Shown: piece after piece, positions 1 to 14,718 of the stretch | How positions within the stretch are numbered: position 1 is the first letter of the stretch | Layout: each line of letters starts with the position of its first letter | DNA from: Laetmonice hystrix | Taxonomy: Eukaryota | DNA: 64,000 nucleotides | Assembly: GCA_965235115.1 (NCBI GenBank) | Contig: OZ249447.1 | Coordinates: 13,392,001-13,456,000, forward strand | Reading direction: 5' to 3' | The notes under the pieces: model-generated | The model's database searches: none | Seen by the model: the letters and a program-made list of their open reading frames with translations, nothing else | Told to the model about the DNA's origin: nothing | Translations under genes and position numbers: made by a program

Positions 1-472
1 TATCGTTTGGCCCTTGCAGCTTTCGATTTGTGTCCCTAGGCGTGACCCCAAACAGTAACAACACATTCTTCGTCATGTGCCGGATTTTTGGACGATGTCT
101 GTCTGTCCCAGACTTTTCGAATTTTACAACACTAACTATAAATCCTTCCTGTCTTCATTCGTCTCCAGGAGTTCAGTTATCTCCGTCCTGTTCGTACAAA
201 TTCCAAAAGCTCATTCAGTTCCTCATGTCCTCTGCTGGTCACTGGGTCAGAGATTCTAGGCGCCATAATGTTGGGTGGGGTGGGGGGGGGACAATACCTG
301 ACCAGAGTGGAGAGTAAGCCTTGATCTAATGTCATAACAGACAGGGTGGCCGAGCTATAATGGTCGTTAGGTGGAGATCACGGTGCTGAATTCAATAAAC
401 TGGTGACGTATGGTAGACACAAGGAGCTTGCCCTGGTGAGGAAGGACTTTCACCGGCTTACCTAGCCGAGCG

Positions 473-512
473 GGCACCGGGCAGGCACCGGGCAGGCACC
501 GGGCAGGCACCG
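473..512. repeat. 11-bp tandem repeat (GGCACCGGGCA), ~3.6 copies
   Basis: Read directly. Confidence 0.85.
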
Positions 513-1329
513 AACATCGCTTGGAAAATGTCCGTAGTCACGTAGCAACTCCAGCTTAACACTCCCGTCACAGGGGCAGCGGTGTGGCTGTCCCTCCATC
601 CTGTCAAGGTGACACTAATTGTGAGAGCTTTAGAAGGATGCCACGGATGTCCGCAGTGGGGCTGTGGCCGCGGTAATGAGTGACTGGATTAAACGTGGGT
701 CTGTAGCCGCAGGCATGGGATAGAACAATAAAACGGGAGAAATCAGTCCGAATCAGGGAGATTGGAATTTGGCTCCCGACGCTTCACATGAAAACATTAT
801 ATGGACATCTGGTACGGACATAAGATATTATTCATTGATCATCAGTGTGACCGGTTACTGGATATGTCGGGCAGCATCAACTCACAGCACTGAGTGGGCC
901 TGCAGGGGACAGCTGTACGAATGCTTTTATACTGTATCTTGTATATAATTTACTATGAGACTATATCAAATTATTTTGATGAGACTAACTTCAAAGGACT
1001 ATATCGTATATAATCGCCTAGTTTTCTTCCCTGGTGTTTCAAGTCTTTGAAGATACGAGGCTGTGAAGACGCCTTATCTATTCGTCTGGTGGAAGGTCTT
1101 TTTGCTGAAGATTCCATCCATGCAGGGTCGGGTGGTAGGTTATAGGTTCAGCCAGGTCCCGCTGCTGGCCTTTTTTACATTCAGCTGTTTCCTGCCAAAG
1201 AAATGGCGATAATAACTGAACCAGGGCACCAATTGGACCCCCGGCGGTTGTGGCCGGGAAGGGGGTCGGAATCATTTAAAGGATCGAGAGGCCCCAGATT
1301 GATCGGAATTTGTCTGGGAGCAGGAGCAG

Positions 1330-1359
1330 CCGTGGCCGTGGCCGTGGCCGTGGCCGTGG
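1330..1359. repeat. 6-bp microsatellite (CCGTGG) x5
   Basis: Read directly. Confidence 0.85.
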
Positions 1360-3680
1360 CTGTGATTGCTGTGAACGGTTGCGGCACGGTATGTTTGATA
1401 TGGATTGATTCGAGGTTGAGTGGACGGCTGCCAGAGACGGTTTTGGTCAGGACTGGAGGACACGGTGTATGGGGAACTGGTCAGCGGGTCTCACCTGGGG
1501 CTCGGTCGGCTGGTTTATTGGCTCTACCACCTGCTCGGCCAGTCTGCATAGGCGCATTTTGGGGGCAGCGGAATAACAAGATCTCTGTGCCCTTTTCTGA
1601 ATTGTTCCTAATCCCCATACAATGGGGTTGTGAGAAGTGTGCTTAACATGCAGCTACTGTTTCACGAAACTACAGTGAGATTCAGTAAATTATTGCCAAA
1701 TAAAGTCACGAATTTTGTGTCAAGCGCAGATAGCTATAAGATATATACCCTGAAGCCCCACGTCCCTTTCACATTGGTAATGTTCAGTGAATTTGATTGC
1801 AGGAAAATAAAAAGGGTTCCTTGAAGTTTAAAAAAGGTATACTGGACTCACTCCCTTTGTTTGTATACTCTGGCCTTTGCCGTCGAAGCCCGAGAGTTTA
1901 CCGCACAGAAGAAAGTATTTTGTTAGTTTGGCTGGTCATCAAAGTCATCACTCCACTGCAATCCATCATGGCTGTAGACACTTGACTTGCACGGCAGCTC
2001 GTGTCCCGGGACTAAGTACACCTCATGGAGGCAGCTAGAGTAATTTGTTGATCTGTTGTAAGTCAACCTGGCAGCAGGTACAATCTGGGTCAGGGAAGAA
2101 ACCGACCCGGAAGGTGCTCCCAGCATTGACTGCGTACATACAGCCGTCAATATCCACCAATTGCTATCTGAGTGTTATTGATGAACTCTCTCAGACGCCG
2201 TCCACATCGCCGGCACAGTGAAGTAATTGCTTCTAAAAATGTCGGATTTCTAGGACTGAGTTAGGTGGGCTTGGCGGCCGGGAGATGATGGCCTTGGCTC
2301 ATATTGCACTCAGCTTCTCTTGATGGGACACTTGTCGGCTTGCCCGGCAGTCTTTAAATGTGTCGATTTCAGTTGACGATTCCTCAGGCTCAGACATTTA
2401 GGTAACATAGACGTGACGATCATGGCCCATGGATACTTGAATTAAATGTACCATGGATTTGCGGTAAAATAACAGTGTTTAGAGCCACTGGGCACCCGTA
2501 CTGTGGGTAAACGTTCCAGGGTATAGTGTTTATACCGTAGGGAGGCTCTAGTCACCATGTACAGCTATCATGCTAAGTGTTGGACCGTATCTGTGTATTA
2601 GCCTCTCTGAGAAATTGTTATTCTTATGGAGTCAAGGAATGTATGTGCTATATGCAGGCTAATATATCTTGGCATGTAATCCTACAAATAGGTATTTTTT
2701 AGGTGTGAGTGTGGGTGGAGATTGCTTGCAGTGGTTGATCCACCCACCTGATGGATGGTAGCCAATATTGGCGCCGACCCCACATAGTATATGACAGTGG
2801 CTAACGTCCTGGAACCATTCACCGCCGTTCTGTCTGGTCATCTGGGAGTCCGAATCTTTGGTGTGAACTGCACATGTTATTAAGTGATTTTTTGGGCGGT
2901 GTCAAGATGGTAGGTCGTGGGCAGCAGTTGCTAGTATATGAGCCATGGTAAGGGCAATAGTGGCCAACACGTACCGGTGAGCCGAGCAGTGGGGGCGTTG
3001 GTTCGGCACAGTCCTGCCCTTACTGTACAGAACTAACAGTTTGTCCTTGAAACCCAGACTTATACATCACTGGCCGGTTGTACTGGTCTGGCCTCTCCAG
3101 ACCCAACTGGCAGCCTGTGTAGACCATTGGCCTGGCCGCGCTCTAGCTATGAGAATAGGTCCACAACACTGACATGAGCTCTATGACGCTCCACTCCCAG
3201 GACTGCCTTTGTATTGAGGCTAGGTCCAGCTGGCTGGCTGGACATTGGGGTTCGTGAAAGTCTATGTTAATGTAGAAGGTCTGATTAGTGTAATGAGAAT
3301 TCAGCAGAAAAAGGCCCCCTGGGTCTTCATTAATATCTCAGTGGCTGTACAAATTATTGGGAGGGAAGTGGAAAAGAAACGTCGAACGAGTCTGACAGTA
3401 CTTCAGCAGTTAGCGGAGGGGTGTGAGAAGCGGCAGTAAAACGACACAGACAGTGTTAAACGTTAAATGTATGGAAATTGCATGTGCCTGTACAAGCCAT
3501 CAGGAAAATGGATGCTAACATAGGGATGACATGGAGGTGATTGGCTTTTTTTTCGCCTCCTCTTCCGCACCATATGGAAATAAAGATAGGAAATTGTCTG
3601 TCCAATGACGGGCCCTGCATTGAACATGCTGGGCTTTGTTCGGAAGATGAGATATTGTGCTATGGGTGGAGTGTTGAGGC

Positions 3681-4351
3681 TGAGGATGGGGTGTTGTGGT
3701 TGAGGATGGGGTGTTGTGGTTGAGGATGGGGTGTTGTGGTTGGGGATGGGGTGTTGTGGTTGGGGATGGGGTGTTGTGGTTGAGGATGGGGTGTTGTGGT
3801 TGAGGATGGGGTGTTGTGGTTGGGGATGGGGTGTTGTGGTTGGGGATGGGGTGTTGTGGTTGAGGATGGGGTGTTGTGGTTGAGGATGGGGTGTTGTGGT
3901 TGAGGATGGGGTGTTGTGGTTGAGGATGGGGTGTTGTGGTTGAGGATGGGGTGTTGTGGTTGAGGATGGGGTGTTGTGGTTGAGGATGGGGTGTTGTGGT
4001 TGAGGATGGGGTGTTGTGGTTGAGGATGGGGTGTTGTGGTTGAGGATGGGGTGTTGTGGTTGAGGATGGGGTGTTGTGGTTGAGGATGGAGTGTTGTGGT
4101 TGAGGATGGAGTGTTGTGGTTGAGGATGGGGTGTTGTGGTTGAGGATGGGGTGTTGTGGTTGAGGATGGAGTGTTGTGGTTGAGGATGGAGTGTTGTGGT
4201 TGAGGATGGGGTGTTGTGGTTGAGGATGGGGTGTTGTGGTTGAGGATGGGGTGTTGTGGTTGAGGATGGGGTGTTGTGGTTGAGGATGGGGTGTTGTGGT
4301 TGAGGATGGGGTGTTGTGGTTGAGGATGGAGTGTTGTGGTTGAGGATGGAG
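3681..4351. repeat. 20-bp G-rich minisatellite (TGAGGATGGGGTGTTGTGGT), ~33 copies
   Basis: Read directly; explains ORFs 3515..4465 and 3660..4505. Confidence 0.98.
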
Positions 4352-4963
4352 ACCTGAGGTTGAGATCAGGAGGGGAGTGTGGTTGAGGACGAGATGGAGT
4401 GTCGAGGTTGAGGATGAGATGATTTCCGACCTGCATTTCGTTTGAGATATAATATACGAACTCATGATGGTACAAAATCGTTGTGGTTCGGTAAGAAAGG
4501 TTCATTATAAGGAGTGATCCTCAAGAATTCCCCGACTTCACGGTGAGTCACCCAAGGGCCATCTGAAAACTCCACTTTGATGTGAGGCATGGTTCATATC
4601 GTGAGGTGTATTTATATTATATTCCGGCTGTGTTATTGTGAGGAACTAGCAATGTTTATGTCGGACCCCAGGAGCCAGCGAGTGGGCCCTGCTGGCTTGT
4701 TGTTATACTGTAGGAAACAGAGCTTTTAGCTAACCATATTGTGATTTCATAATACAGACTAGAGAACCAACGCCAATAGTTCCTTCCTGCCTCCTCCTCT
4801 CATTTTCAGTCCCATTATTTTAGCCCTATGTATGTATCTGTTTAAATGCCCCACAGAGCGTACAAAGTTACCCAGATTCCACGTCCGAGGAACCGTGATT
4901 TAAAGGGTCCTTGGCAATATAGCTGATCCATTCAAACGAATGAACGAAGAGTTGATAGAAATC

Positions 4964-5300
4964 CTCAGGGCAAGCCATCAAGGTGAAACTTGTAATGGAC
5001 AACCCTGGATACTCAGGGCAAGCCATCAAGGTGAAACTTGTAATGGACAACCCTGGATACTCAGGGCAAGCCATCAAGGTGAAACTTGTAATGGACAACC
5101 CCGGATACTCAGGGCAAGCCATCAAGGTGAAACTTGTAATGGACAACCCTGGATACTCAGGGCAAGCCATCAAGGTGAAACTTGTAATGGACAACCCTGG
5201 ATACTCAGGGCAAGCCATCAAGGTGAAACTTGTAATGGACAACCCTGGATACTCAGGGCAAGCCATCAAGGTGAAACTTGTAATGGACAACCCTGGATAC
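4964..5300. repeat. 48-bp minisatellite x7
   Basis: CTCAGGGCAAGCCATCAAGGTGAAACTTGTAATGGACAACCCTGGATA. Confidence 0.98.
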
Positions 5301-8300
5301 GGATTTTTTGTATCTTGCCTGAAAGACGCTGTACACGTCGCCTTGAGTAGCTCTATGGTTATTACACAGAAGCAGGGACAATTAGGGCATTGCATGGCCG
5401 TTATCAAGTGTGTGTATCGGTATTGCCCTAAGGCCATTTCCATACCTCAGGCAACTTAGACCTGAGGAGGTTTTGTTAAGATTTTTCTTTCATTTATAAT
5501 TTTTGGTTCGGTCCTGCTTTGCATCCAGCAGAGGCATCATTTTGAGAAGGACTACACTTACATTATTTAGTCAATTGAAGATGTTAGTAAAGTAGAAATT
5601 TTGTTACAATGTACCTTCCATACATGTACGATGTTAGTAAAGTAGAAATTTTGTTACTTTCCATACATGTACGATTAGAATGTCAAACTGATCATAATGT
5701 ATTTTTGTTTGTTTTATAATGCTTTATTCACATAAATTTCGAAAAACATTTTTGATTCTTTATGAAGTTTATCATTCCCAGAGAAACTCTTTTTGAAGGC
5801 ATGACAGGGCTATGCAGCCTAAGATTATATGAGCAGATAAGTGACATGTTTGTATGCCGCTTCAGTATAATCTCATATACTGTGTTATTTAGCCGTGGGG
5901 AGTCCATCACCTTCAGGTAGGTACTACAAGTCGCTGTAGCAGGCTCTGCTTCGAAAACGTTCATCTTAACTGTTCAAAGCTGTGTTCAAGATCGTCCCAG
6001 TGTAAGCCCCTTAGTAGACTATATATATAGAATCAACTTAGGTCAATATTAGGGGAAACAGGAAGTGCTTTATTTAACGTAACCCATGACTGCCTGAAAA
6101 TGTGAAACTTTTTTCTTTTTTCGGAAGTTAGAAATATTTATAATTTGGACATTTTAACACAGTTCTGTTTTAAGGTCGTAACGTTAGAAGCTCGGGTAAG
6201 GAACGGTTCGGAGTGTACTGCCTGTGGTTATATAGCCCACACAATGCAGGCAAATGAAAACTTCACATTTTAAAGTTACACTGAGCAATTAATGGGAGTT
6301 TCTTTACGAGCTCGTCAGCAGTGCCCTCCGATATTGTCCCAGTTCCTGATTGGAGCTCGTTCGAGGATGTAGTCTCTCTTGTTCTTCATGCTCTTCGTCT
6401 GCATGACCGTGTGTAGACTGTCGGGGGCAGCGTTTGCTTACTTTACTGACTGCAGTTATACGTAGATAGGTGATGGGCCTTAAATAACCTTAGGGAATGC
6501 ATTGGGAGATTTGGTTGTGACTTTGTAGGGTGTGTCTGTGTTAGAAACATCTTGATGGTATCAGACTCTATAAGTACTATAAACTGCATCGATACAAGCC
6601 GAATCGTTGGAGGTCTTTTAGTTTTAGTAATTGTGTCCATTTTGTTTCAAATAGTTCTCTCTTAGTTTATTGTTGTTACATTACGAGGGAAGAATTTGAA
6701 ATGTATTGTATCATAATGTGAGGCACGTAGTATAGCTAGTATACAATGTCGGAATCACCGTATCGAGCGAGTGGAACTCGCGGCTCTATAGGAATGTGAT
6801 ACATTTTAATATTTCCTGATAGTTCAGCTTGTGGCACTCAGAGAAACGAAAACAGACGGTCCAATGTACATTTATATGAATAGCCATTATCATTTTGCCC
6901 GTTTCTTTTTTTTCTGTTTTGTTTGAGATAACAGGTAAAGAGGCCTTTCAGGTGCAGGTGTGGTTTTCTTTTTACTCATTTTGTTTGTCTGTATATTGTT
7001 TGAAAGTATTAGTTGTAGAATAGATTTTAGGAATTCCGTAATAGATGTACAACAGAGGTAGAGAGTTGAAAATCTAAGATATGATTTATAAGCAATATAG
7101 ATGTATACGACTTAGTAAAAGTGTAGGCATAGAATTTGTTCATTCCATTTTTTTCTGTTGACCGGTGAATAAATCCATCAGGTAAAGTAGGACAGCGGTC
7201 AGGTAAGATCGTATGTGTAGAGACGATGCCGGCGGTGGGGATCGGGGGGGGGGGGAGGGGCCCCTAAACAGCCGAGCACCATGATAAGGGTGTCCCCTCC
7301 CCTGCAGTACTCCGTATACGTCCTGTTACCCCCCCCCCCCCCCTCCTCCTCCGGACGTGTCATTCTGCTCAGGTCTGCCCAGTAGACACCTCGTTAATAT
7401 CTGTTTTACTGCAAACAAGTCATGATGTCCCCGGGCTATATCTGTCAGTGTCGTCGTCACCAGAAACACCTTAGTGTGTCAAGTTTAGCGGCCTACTGCG
7501 GACTGCTTCACTCTGCAAGTTGACAAATTGTGTCTTCTTGAATCCACGGGCTCAGTGAAAGCAAAAACGTTTTAAAGGAAGTTTGTTTTCACAGTGATTT
7601 CTCCTCACATATTTCATAATCAGATCTTATTGACTTTATGATAAGGTTGTGCAGTTTAGAGAGAGACATTATTTACTTAGTGTCTCGTTGATTGGTGTTT
7701 TTTGTTTTTCAAGATTTTCAAGGAAGAATATAAATTTTATACATGGTGGCTAGTGTAAGTCATGAAACAGGACACCTTTATTACCGTGGTCAGCAACAGA
7801 TATTACCACGTTGTTGTTTTTATATACATGTATACCATACATTACATCTCACATTAGAATAAAAACCATCGCATTTGTCAATTTCTTACAATGACTACTT
7901 TTTTTCAGATCAATACCATATGCATTTTGATAGAAATTTGGTTGAATATTCATGACATAACCTGAGGGACCATGTACATGTTGTATTCGGAAAACCAAAT
8001 TCTTTTATTCCTGTCATACAAAGATAAGGATAACGCGGAGGTCAAGAGGCCCACAATCCAGAAAGATATTCTACAAATTCAAACGTCCTTTATCGAAAGA
8101 ACTTGAACTGCTGATGAAAGCAGATTCTTTGTCATAAACGGAAGCAATTTCACAGCTGTTAAAAGCGTGTTCGTTCATATAGAAACACAAATCTATACAA
8201 ATCTATGGAACCTGGCCTGCAGTGGGATGTATGTGTAGTATGTATGTGCCACTTGTTGTGCCTACCGGCGCAGCCGAATGTCGGTGGACCTCTCTGACTC

Positions 8301-11300
8301 CGAGATGACTTTGCCGGGTCAGCCACATGTGACCTGCCGATACGTGCCGGGCCGACTCACAGTCCTTGCCTGCACATAGTGGAGGCGGGAATATCACATG
8401 TTGACATTGGCTCGGGTCGATGATGGGAGGAGGGGGGTGCAGTCACGAGAAAATGACACACCTTTTTTTAGAACTAGTTGCGGACCGGTCGAGTCGCAAA
8501 TGGAGGAGGAAGGGGATGATGTTGCAGAGCAGCCGCCAGTCATGACGTAACCAGAACACGGGAGGTTGGTGATCCCGACTTGGTGGAAATGTGCTGTTCC
8601 GAGGAACTGGTAATAAATAATTAAAAAAACATTTAGAGAAAGCACATGGGGGTTTCGTACATATAGCAACTTCCTCTTAGGTTTTCTTCAAACGAAACGT
8701 CACTGCAAAATCAGCGTTCAGCTTGATATGTACGGAAAACGTCAAGTTGAAGCCAGCATTTATGATAGAGCTCTCGGTGTATGTGAGCTAAACTAGCGCA
8801 GGGTTTGTAGTTGAGCCTGATGTCACATAACGTGCTACAATAATTGCATTCGGTGTTTAGATAACCCATTAGGATGGTGTTTGTTTCAATACGGTTGGCG
8901 TTTCTCGTCAAGGAAAAACAACAACAAATCATCATTTTTTGTGACGCCAGAACCACTGTAGAAATAGACTGTTTGCTGTTGTTGAGTTGTCCTATTTGGG
9001 ACAGAGTTCCTGACTGATTAACTAAACGTTTTATAATCATGCAAAAGAAGATAATTTAATTATGAGATGTGGCTTATTGGCTTCATGTTGTCTAACATGA
9101 CAGGCTGGGTTTGTCACCGATTGCTCCGTGTGGCACAGATCAGTGGGAAAATGTTCTCTCAGCTTCTTCAGCTTACATTATCATTAGTGGATTATTTATC
9201 TGGAGAGAATCATTAGTTCAGTGTATACCCTCTTCTCTCTTTATTCTAAGTACCATATAGTCATACGATATTTGATCCAAGCAGCTATATCGATATAAAA
9301 AATGAACTGCTGTTATGACAGGTTGTTATTTTGAAAGTAATCCCTAACCGATGTGTCTTGTAGGAGTTTTTAACTGCCGGTATTCACAGCATGTCCCAAT
9401 GTGAATGGAGCACGTGTGAGTGGGACCAGAGGACTTATACTGAAGGTATACACTCCTGCTACTGTTGACTTGTTGAGGATGTGACTTATTGACAGAGCAG
9501 ACTGAGGTGATGAGGCTGGTTGAGCTGGTCGTGCACGGTGACCGTGAGAAGGGAGATGATGAGTCAGACGTCCGACTAACAGCCTTTGTCACACGCCCAC
9601 CTGTCCAGTCTGACCCTGGCTCGCTCGGTACACCAGGAACTCCTGTCTCTCCCAGACCCCCCCCCCCCCCTCCTCCTCCTACTCCGCAGGGCTTACCGAT
9701 ATTTCAACACATATCGTTGCTACAATTCAAAGGCAGGACACATTAAATACCCTGAAATCTGTACTGGGCAAATATTCAGTCTGAATGGCATACATGTATT
9801 ATGGTTATTGATACTGACAGTAATGTTAGTAGTTCAGTCTCAGATTGCCGTCTATACTGGCAATGTGATTAGGTCGTATGACAAGATGAAATGTAATACC
9901 AACATAATTCACAGCACGCCCCGCAGTAGTTAGCTCACCTAACTAACTTCTTTTCTCAGGATTAACATAAAGTCAAAAGAAATGCTTTCACCATGTGCTG
10001 GAGTTTTTGAAGCGTCCTATCTATCACCCTCCTCACCCCCACCCCCGGAATAAAGAGGGGTGGGTGGCGGAGGGATACGAATGTCTGTGAATGGTTGTCT
10101 CTGGTCACGAGAAACACAAGTACGAGTAATTAACGTGGCTTGAATGGGGCTAGGTGGCACTGATTAAAGGACAAATTATAGGCTCATTAAGAATTCATTT
10201 AATCAGGGCAAGAAAGGCGCCTGGAGAGACAAGTCTAACGTGTGTAATTGCAGAACGTGTTAGAGGGCAGAACATGTTTTTCTGGGGTACCGATATTAGA
10301 TGTCAACTACAGAGGCAATATTGAAAGTGTTTTATGGCCAGCTTTTAGAAAACGTGCACATTGGAGATCTTGTTCGGAAAATCTAAGACGCGTTTTATTA
10401 GTGCCCTTTACTTGTGGGGGTAAAGGAGAGAACACTTATCTGTCTACCGTTAGGAAATAAAACCAATAAAGTTATGTTTTGTTAACAATAATCTTCTGTT
10501 TGTGATGGAAATAACCTGGGCTAGCGCCAGCGCAATGGTATCTTACCTTGAAAAGGAAGAAGAACAAAATTAGACTCAAAAGAAAGGAGGGCTTGTTAAG
10601 ACCAACAGCAGCAGCACCAGCAGCAGCAGTAGCTGCAGCTGCTGCAGCAAGAGGCAATAAGGAAATGTGCCATCGATAAGTTAGAAACAGTAAATAAATT
10701 GATCTGTTGGAGTGAGAAGAGACAGGATATTAGCCTGTGCTGTTCACACATGCCGAGGTGCGACCAGTTCGGGCAATGTAAGCCCAGTTGGTGACATAAT
10801 ATCGCTATGACTATATTTGACTCGCACCGTCACCCTGTAATTATTGTTTACTTTGCTGAATAGATTCTGAGGACCACACTTTTTATTCTTTCTTCATGAC
10901 ACAAAACTGTGGCGGGCATATTTTCTACTGATGTTGACTGAGGTTAGCAATATTATGACTTGTGTATTCCTCGTTAGGCCTGAAATAGGCCAGCAACGAT
11001 TCGTTGTTGTGCCTCAGTTCACTAGAAGCTGGAAGATAATGGGATGTTCATGGTTTTTAATTTAATATAGCGGGAATGCATCCCCAATAAAATAATCCTA
11101 ACTGCTCATTTATTAGTGATACGCCAACTGGGGTATTAGTCCTGGACAGCCGACGTTGCTAATTGGGAGTAATCAAATAGTTGTTGCCTGCCATGATAAA
11201 CATTAAAAGTAGGTCAGCGGCACCGTGACTGTGCTAGCTTTCCCATGGTCATGGCCACTGCACTCGCTGACCCCCGTTGGCACATACGTAAGGTTGACGA

Positions 11301-13041
11301 CGTGTTTCCCCCAATGTTTTTCTGTTAAAATGAGGTGAGAAAATTTCAATGAGACGAGATATGGGTAATCTGTGGTATGCCCTTCCACCCCCCCCCCCCC
11401 CCCCACCCCCCACCCCCAACCCCCACCCGCCATCGCCACACACTGGGGACCGACAAGTCAGAGTTGCATGACTCATATAATGGTGTGGATCAGGTTGGCA
11501 GTGGGTGCCATACTCCCAGATCTCCTTACATCAAGCAGGGAAAAAATAAACTGGGGTAAACATGCAACACAGCGGATAGAGCATTGCATGCTCATTTATT
11601 GAGTATCTCCGAGGCAGACTCGTTGCGTGATCAGGCCGACCTTTACAAAGGTAATGTTATCATTACAGGGATAACTCCTTCAGTTGGCTCTTACTTGATC
11701 AACGCTTTTAGAATATTCTATTTCTACACTAGTTCTCTTGATGTGTTTGATGTCAATGTCAATGAACATATTGGCCGAGCCTATTTCTTTATACATATCT
11801 CAGTATCTGGAATGAATGCAGATAAACATTGGGATTTAACACATCTATAGGAGAGGGAGGAGGATTTTGTTATGGTGAGCTGTCACTCAATCAGGAAGTC
11901 ACCCGGTTAGGTTACACTGGTACCGGATCAACTGTTGACAGAAGTAAGGTAATCAGTGGTTTCACAATGTTATGCTGGTCTACACTGATTCTAAGAAATG
12001 TAGGATATTATATTCGTCTGCCTGTAAAGTTAGGGAGTCAGATAGCAGTAGTCGGGCAGTCAGATGGTGCAGTTTTATTATGTAGGTCCCCTAATGAAAT
12101 CAAACAGTCAGATGATACACTCGTCCCCTACTGAACCCAGGCGGCCGATCAGATATAGTGTCATGTAGGGGGCACTGCTTCAAGTGGTGGTGGTGGGAGG
12201 GGGGGGGGGCAGGTGTGTTTGACATTTTCCCCAGATCGAGGTAGGCCTAATTTCCAGGAGCCTTTGGCCTTTTAAAGCTACCAGTAAAAGTGTGTGTGTG
12301 TCAGACGTTTGACACACACTATAATTGAACGGTACTGATCCCATGCAGATTTTGTGTAATAGCAGTTAGTGCCCCTAAAGTACAATGATAAAATGCCCAA
12401 ATATTCCAGATAATTAGATTTTCTATCACAATATTTCATCTTGAGATTGAATGTGATTAACGAAGGGTTAACCCGCCCAGATGGGGTCAACATGTGCTGT
12501 GATTGACCCAGTTCTGTGAGGACCGGACCGGTCACCGGCTGAAGTCCTTGATATTCAGTCGTCCTCTCAGAGCGAGCATGGCCGTCATAGAGCACACAAA
12601 ACTGGGTCCGTTTCTGCACCGTTTCCCAGGCTCGGAGCAGCAGATGTCGGGGTGTGAGGGCACGACATGTTGGAGTGTGAGGGGTGCAATATGGTGGGGT
12701 ATGCGAGTGCAATGCCCAGAGATGCACAGCGGGGGGGGGGAGGGTTAAAGTTTGAGGAGTCAATCCTGCCAGTGGTACCATGTGTGCGCGACCACTGTCA
12801 CCAGTGGATGGTGTAGGGAACCTGGCACGCTCACAGACAACATGACATATGGCACTGTCACCGGTCATGTCATCATCGTCACCATGGCTGGCTGGGTGCA
12901 GGCGTGTCTGGCAGGCACGGCTAGACCAGAGCCAAACCTCGGACACTGCCCCGAACTGCTGGGCCATTAATCGGAACTCATGGCCTCCCGTTCACTGGGT
13001 GGGCCACCGGCAGAATGTGGCCATTTGTGAGGCATGTTGTA

Positions 13042-13606
13042 CTGTTGGTGGGCCCCCTTGCATCTTGAGGTTTCGTTGGTGGGCCCCCTTGCATCTTGAG
13101 GTTCTGTTGGTGGGCCCCCTTGCATCTTGAGGTTCCGTTGGTGGGCCCCTTGCATCTTGAGGCTCTGTTGGTGGGCCCCCTTGCATCTTGAGGTTCCGTT
13201 GGTGGGCCCCCTTGCATCTTGAGGTATCGTTGGTGGGCCCCTCTGCATCTTGAGGTTCTGTTGGTGGGCCCCCTTGCATCTTGAGGTTCTGTTGGTGGGC
13301 CCCCTTGCATCTTGAGGTTCTGTTGGTGGGCCCCCTTGCATCTTGAGGTTCCGTTGGTGGCCCCCCTTGCATCTCGACGTTCCATTGTTGGGCCCCCTTG
13401 CACCTTGAGGTTCCATTGGTGGGCCCCCTTGCATCTTGAATCCCGTTGGTGGGCCCCCTTGCATCTTGAGGTTCTGTTGGTGGGCCCCCTTGCATCTTGA
13501 ATCCCGTTGGTTGGCCCCCTTGCATCTTGAGGTTCTGTTGGTGGGCCCCCTTGCATCTTGAGGTCCCGTTGGTGGGCCCCCTTGCATTTTGAATCCCGTT
13601 GGTGGG
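13042..13606. repeat. ~31-bp minisatellite, ~18 copies
   Basis: GTTGGTGGGCCCCCTTGCATCTTGAGGTTCT with variants; explains the ORFs at 12967-13704. Confidence 0.97.
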
Positions 13607-14158
13607 ACCAAATTGCACCTCGATAATAGGTTTCGTTGGTCGGGCCACATGCTGCATAAACCCATTATAATAAGGCCCTTTTTCCTTGTACTAGAACTCC
13701 TCATTTTATTCGATATTTGAACTTACTTTTTGAGGAGGCTTGGAATCCTCACTTGACGTGTATTGTAGGATCCAATGAGGCCTGAAATATCCTTTCAATT
13801 TCAGGGCACGTTAGGCAATTCTTTCCGGCGCTACACGCAGGATTGGTAATGAATGTTTTACTGTCTGTATTGCTGCATGTCTTTCAGAGGGCCGCCAGCA
13901 TTGTAAAGGTTGGATGTATGTAATCAATGTGTGCAGATTGTCAATGGCAATGTAACGTAAAACAACACATTACAATTTTCCAGGTTACCAGTGACAGTTG
14001 AGTGTGTGACCACTGAGGGCTGTTGTGGGGTCCCAAATATGGGCATGCCCTCCTGCCGCCAGAGGTGGTCGTTTTGACCAGTATAATTGTACTATGACAC
14101 ATCCATTCATACAATAAGTGTTGACATGTCCGTGTAATGTGTGTCTGGTGTCTTGCAG

Positions 14159-14255
14159 GCCCCACGAGACGGTCACGCCCGTAGAGGACTCGGTCGTGCG
14201 AGAGGTCAACTACGTGCTCCGAGAATGGAGCATCATATGGAAACGACTTTACACC
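14159..14255 (+). CDS. DOCK3/DOCK4: DOCK exon (first seen in window): PHETVTPVEDSVVREVNYVLREWSIIWKRLYT
   Basis: ttgcag acceptor, gtaag donor, 97 nt; matches the DOCK post-SH3 segment ETV.P.EDS.V.EV...L.EW..IWK.LY. Confidence 0.95.
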
Positions 14256-14718
14256 GTAAGTACAAAACGTATACATGGGCATGACCCTTTTTAGCCTGGC
14301 CGTGGAGTTATTTGTTACCTACTTGTGCATATAGTGTACATTAATTACTATAACGGATTGATAAGGATAATTAGGTAATTATTCACTATTCGTTATGATA
14401 ATAGCGTTTGTGCACCAGAATAATGGGAATATGGATGGTATTTTACATGTTCCTATTGTTTCTGTTAAAAAAATGACAAGTCACAAATAGCTGTCAGTAT
14501 AATGCATGGAGAATGAGACAAATAATGTTGAATACAAATGTACATGCAAGCAGTCTTTTTGTAACATTTTATTAAAATATTTTCCTCCAATACTTAGTAG
14601 TAAGCGTCAAGAAGGGAAACAAAGGGGTTTTCATTTCAACCTTAATTATTTCCTTTTATTCCTACACTCAATGTTTATGAAGGTAGAGTTTAGAATATGT
14701 TGTGGTTGTTGGTTGTAG

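Noticed and set aside
2400-2880. Integrase-like fragments on the - strand (FGLPDDQTER, KYPW)
   Set aside because: They are short, in the wrong order for a retroviral integrase and interrupted by stops.
3515-4505. Long ORFs of 316 and 281 aa (HPQPQHPILNHNTPSSTTTP repeats)
   Set aside because: They are stop-free translations of the 20-bp minisatellite.
4868-5459. Three overlapping repetitive ORFs
   Set aside because: Translations of the 48-bp array, open in several frames at once.
9489-9746. 85-aa acidic/proline-rich ORF as an alternative first exon
   Set aside because: The proline run comes from a poly-C tract; there is no suitable donor in phase with exon 14159 and no homology.
12967-13704. 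ORFs of 192-245 aa on the - strand
   Set aside because: Translations of the 31-bp array.
1-14158. 5' DOCK exons encoding the SH3 domain (GWYRG, GIFP..Y motifs)
   Set aside because: I looked for them and found no matching exon with splice sites; they are probably upstream of the window.
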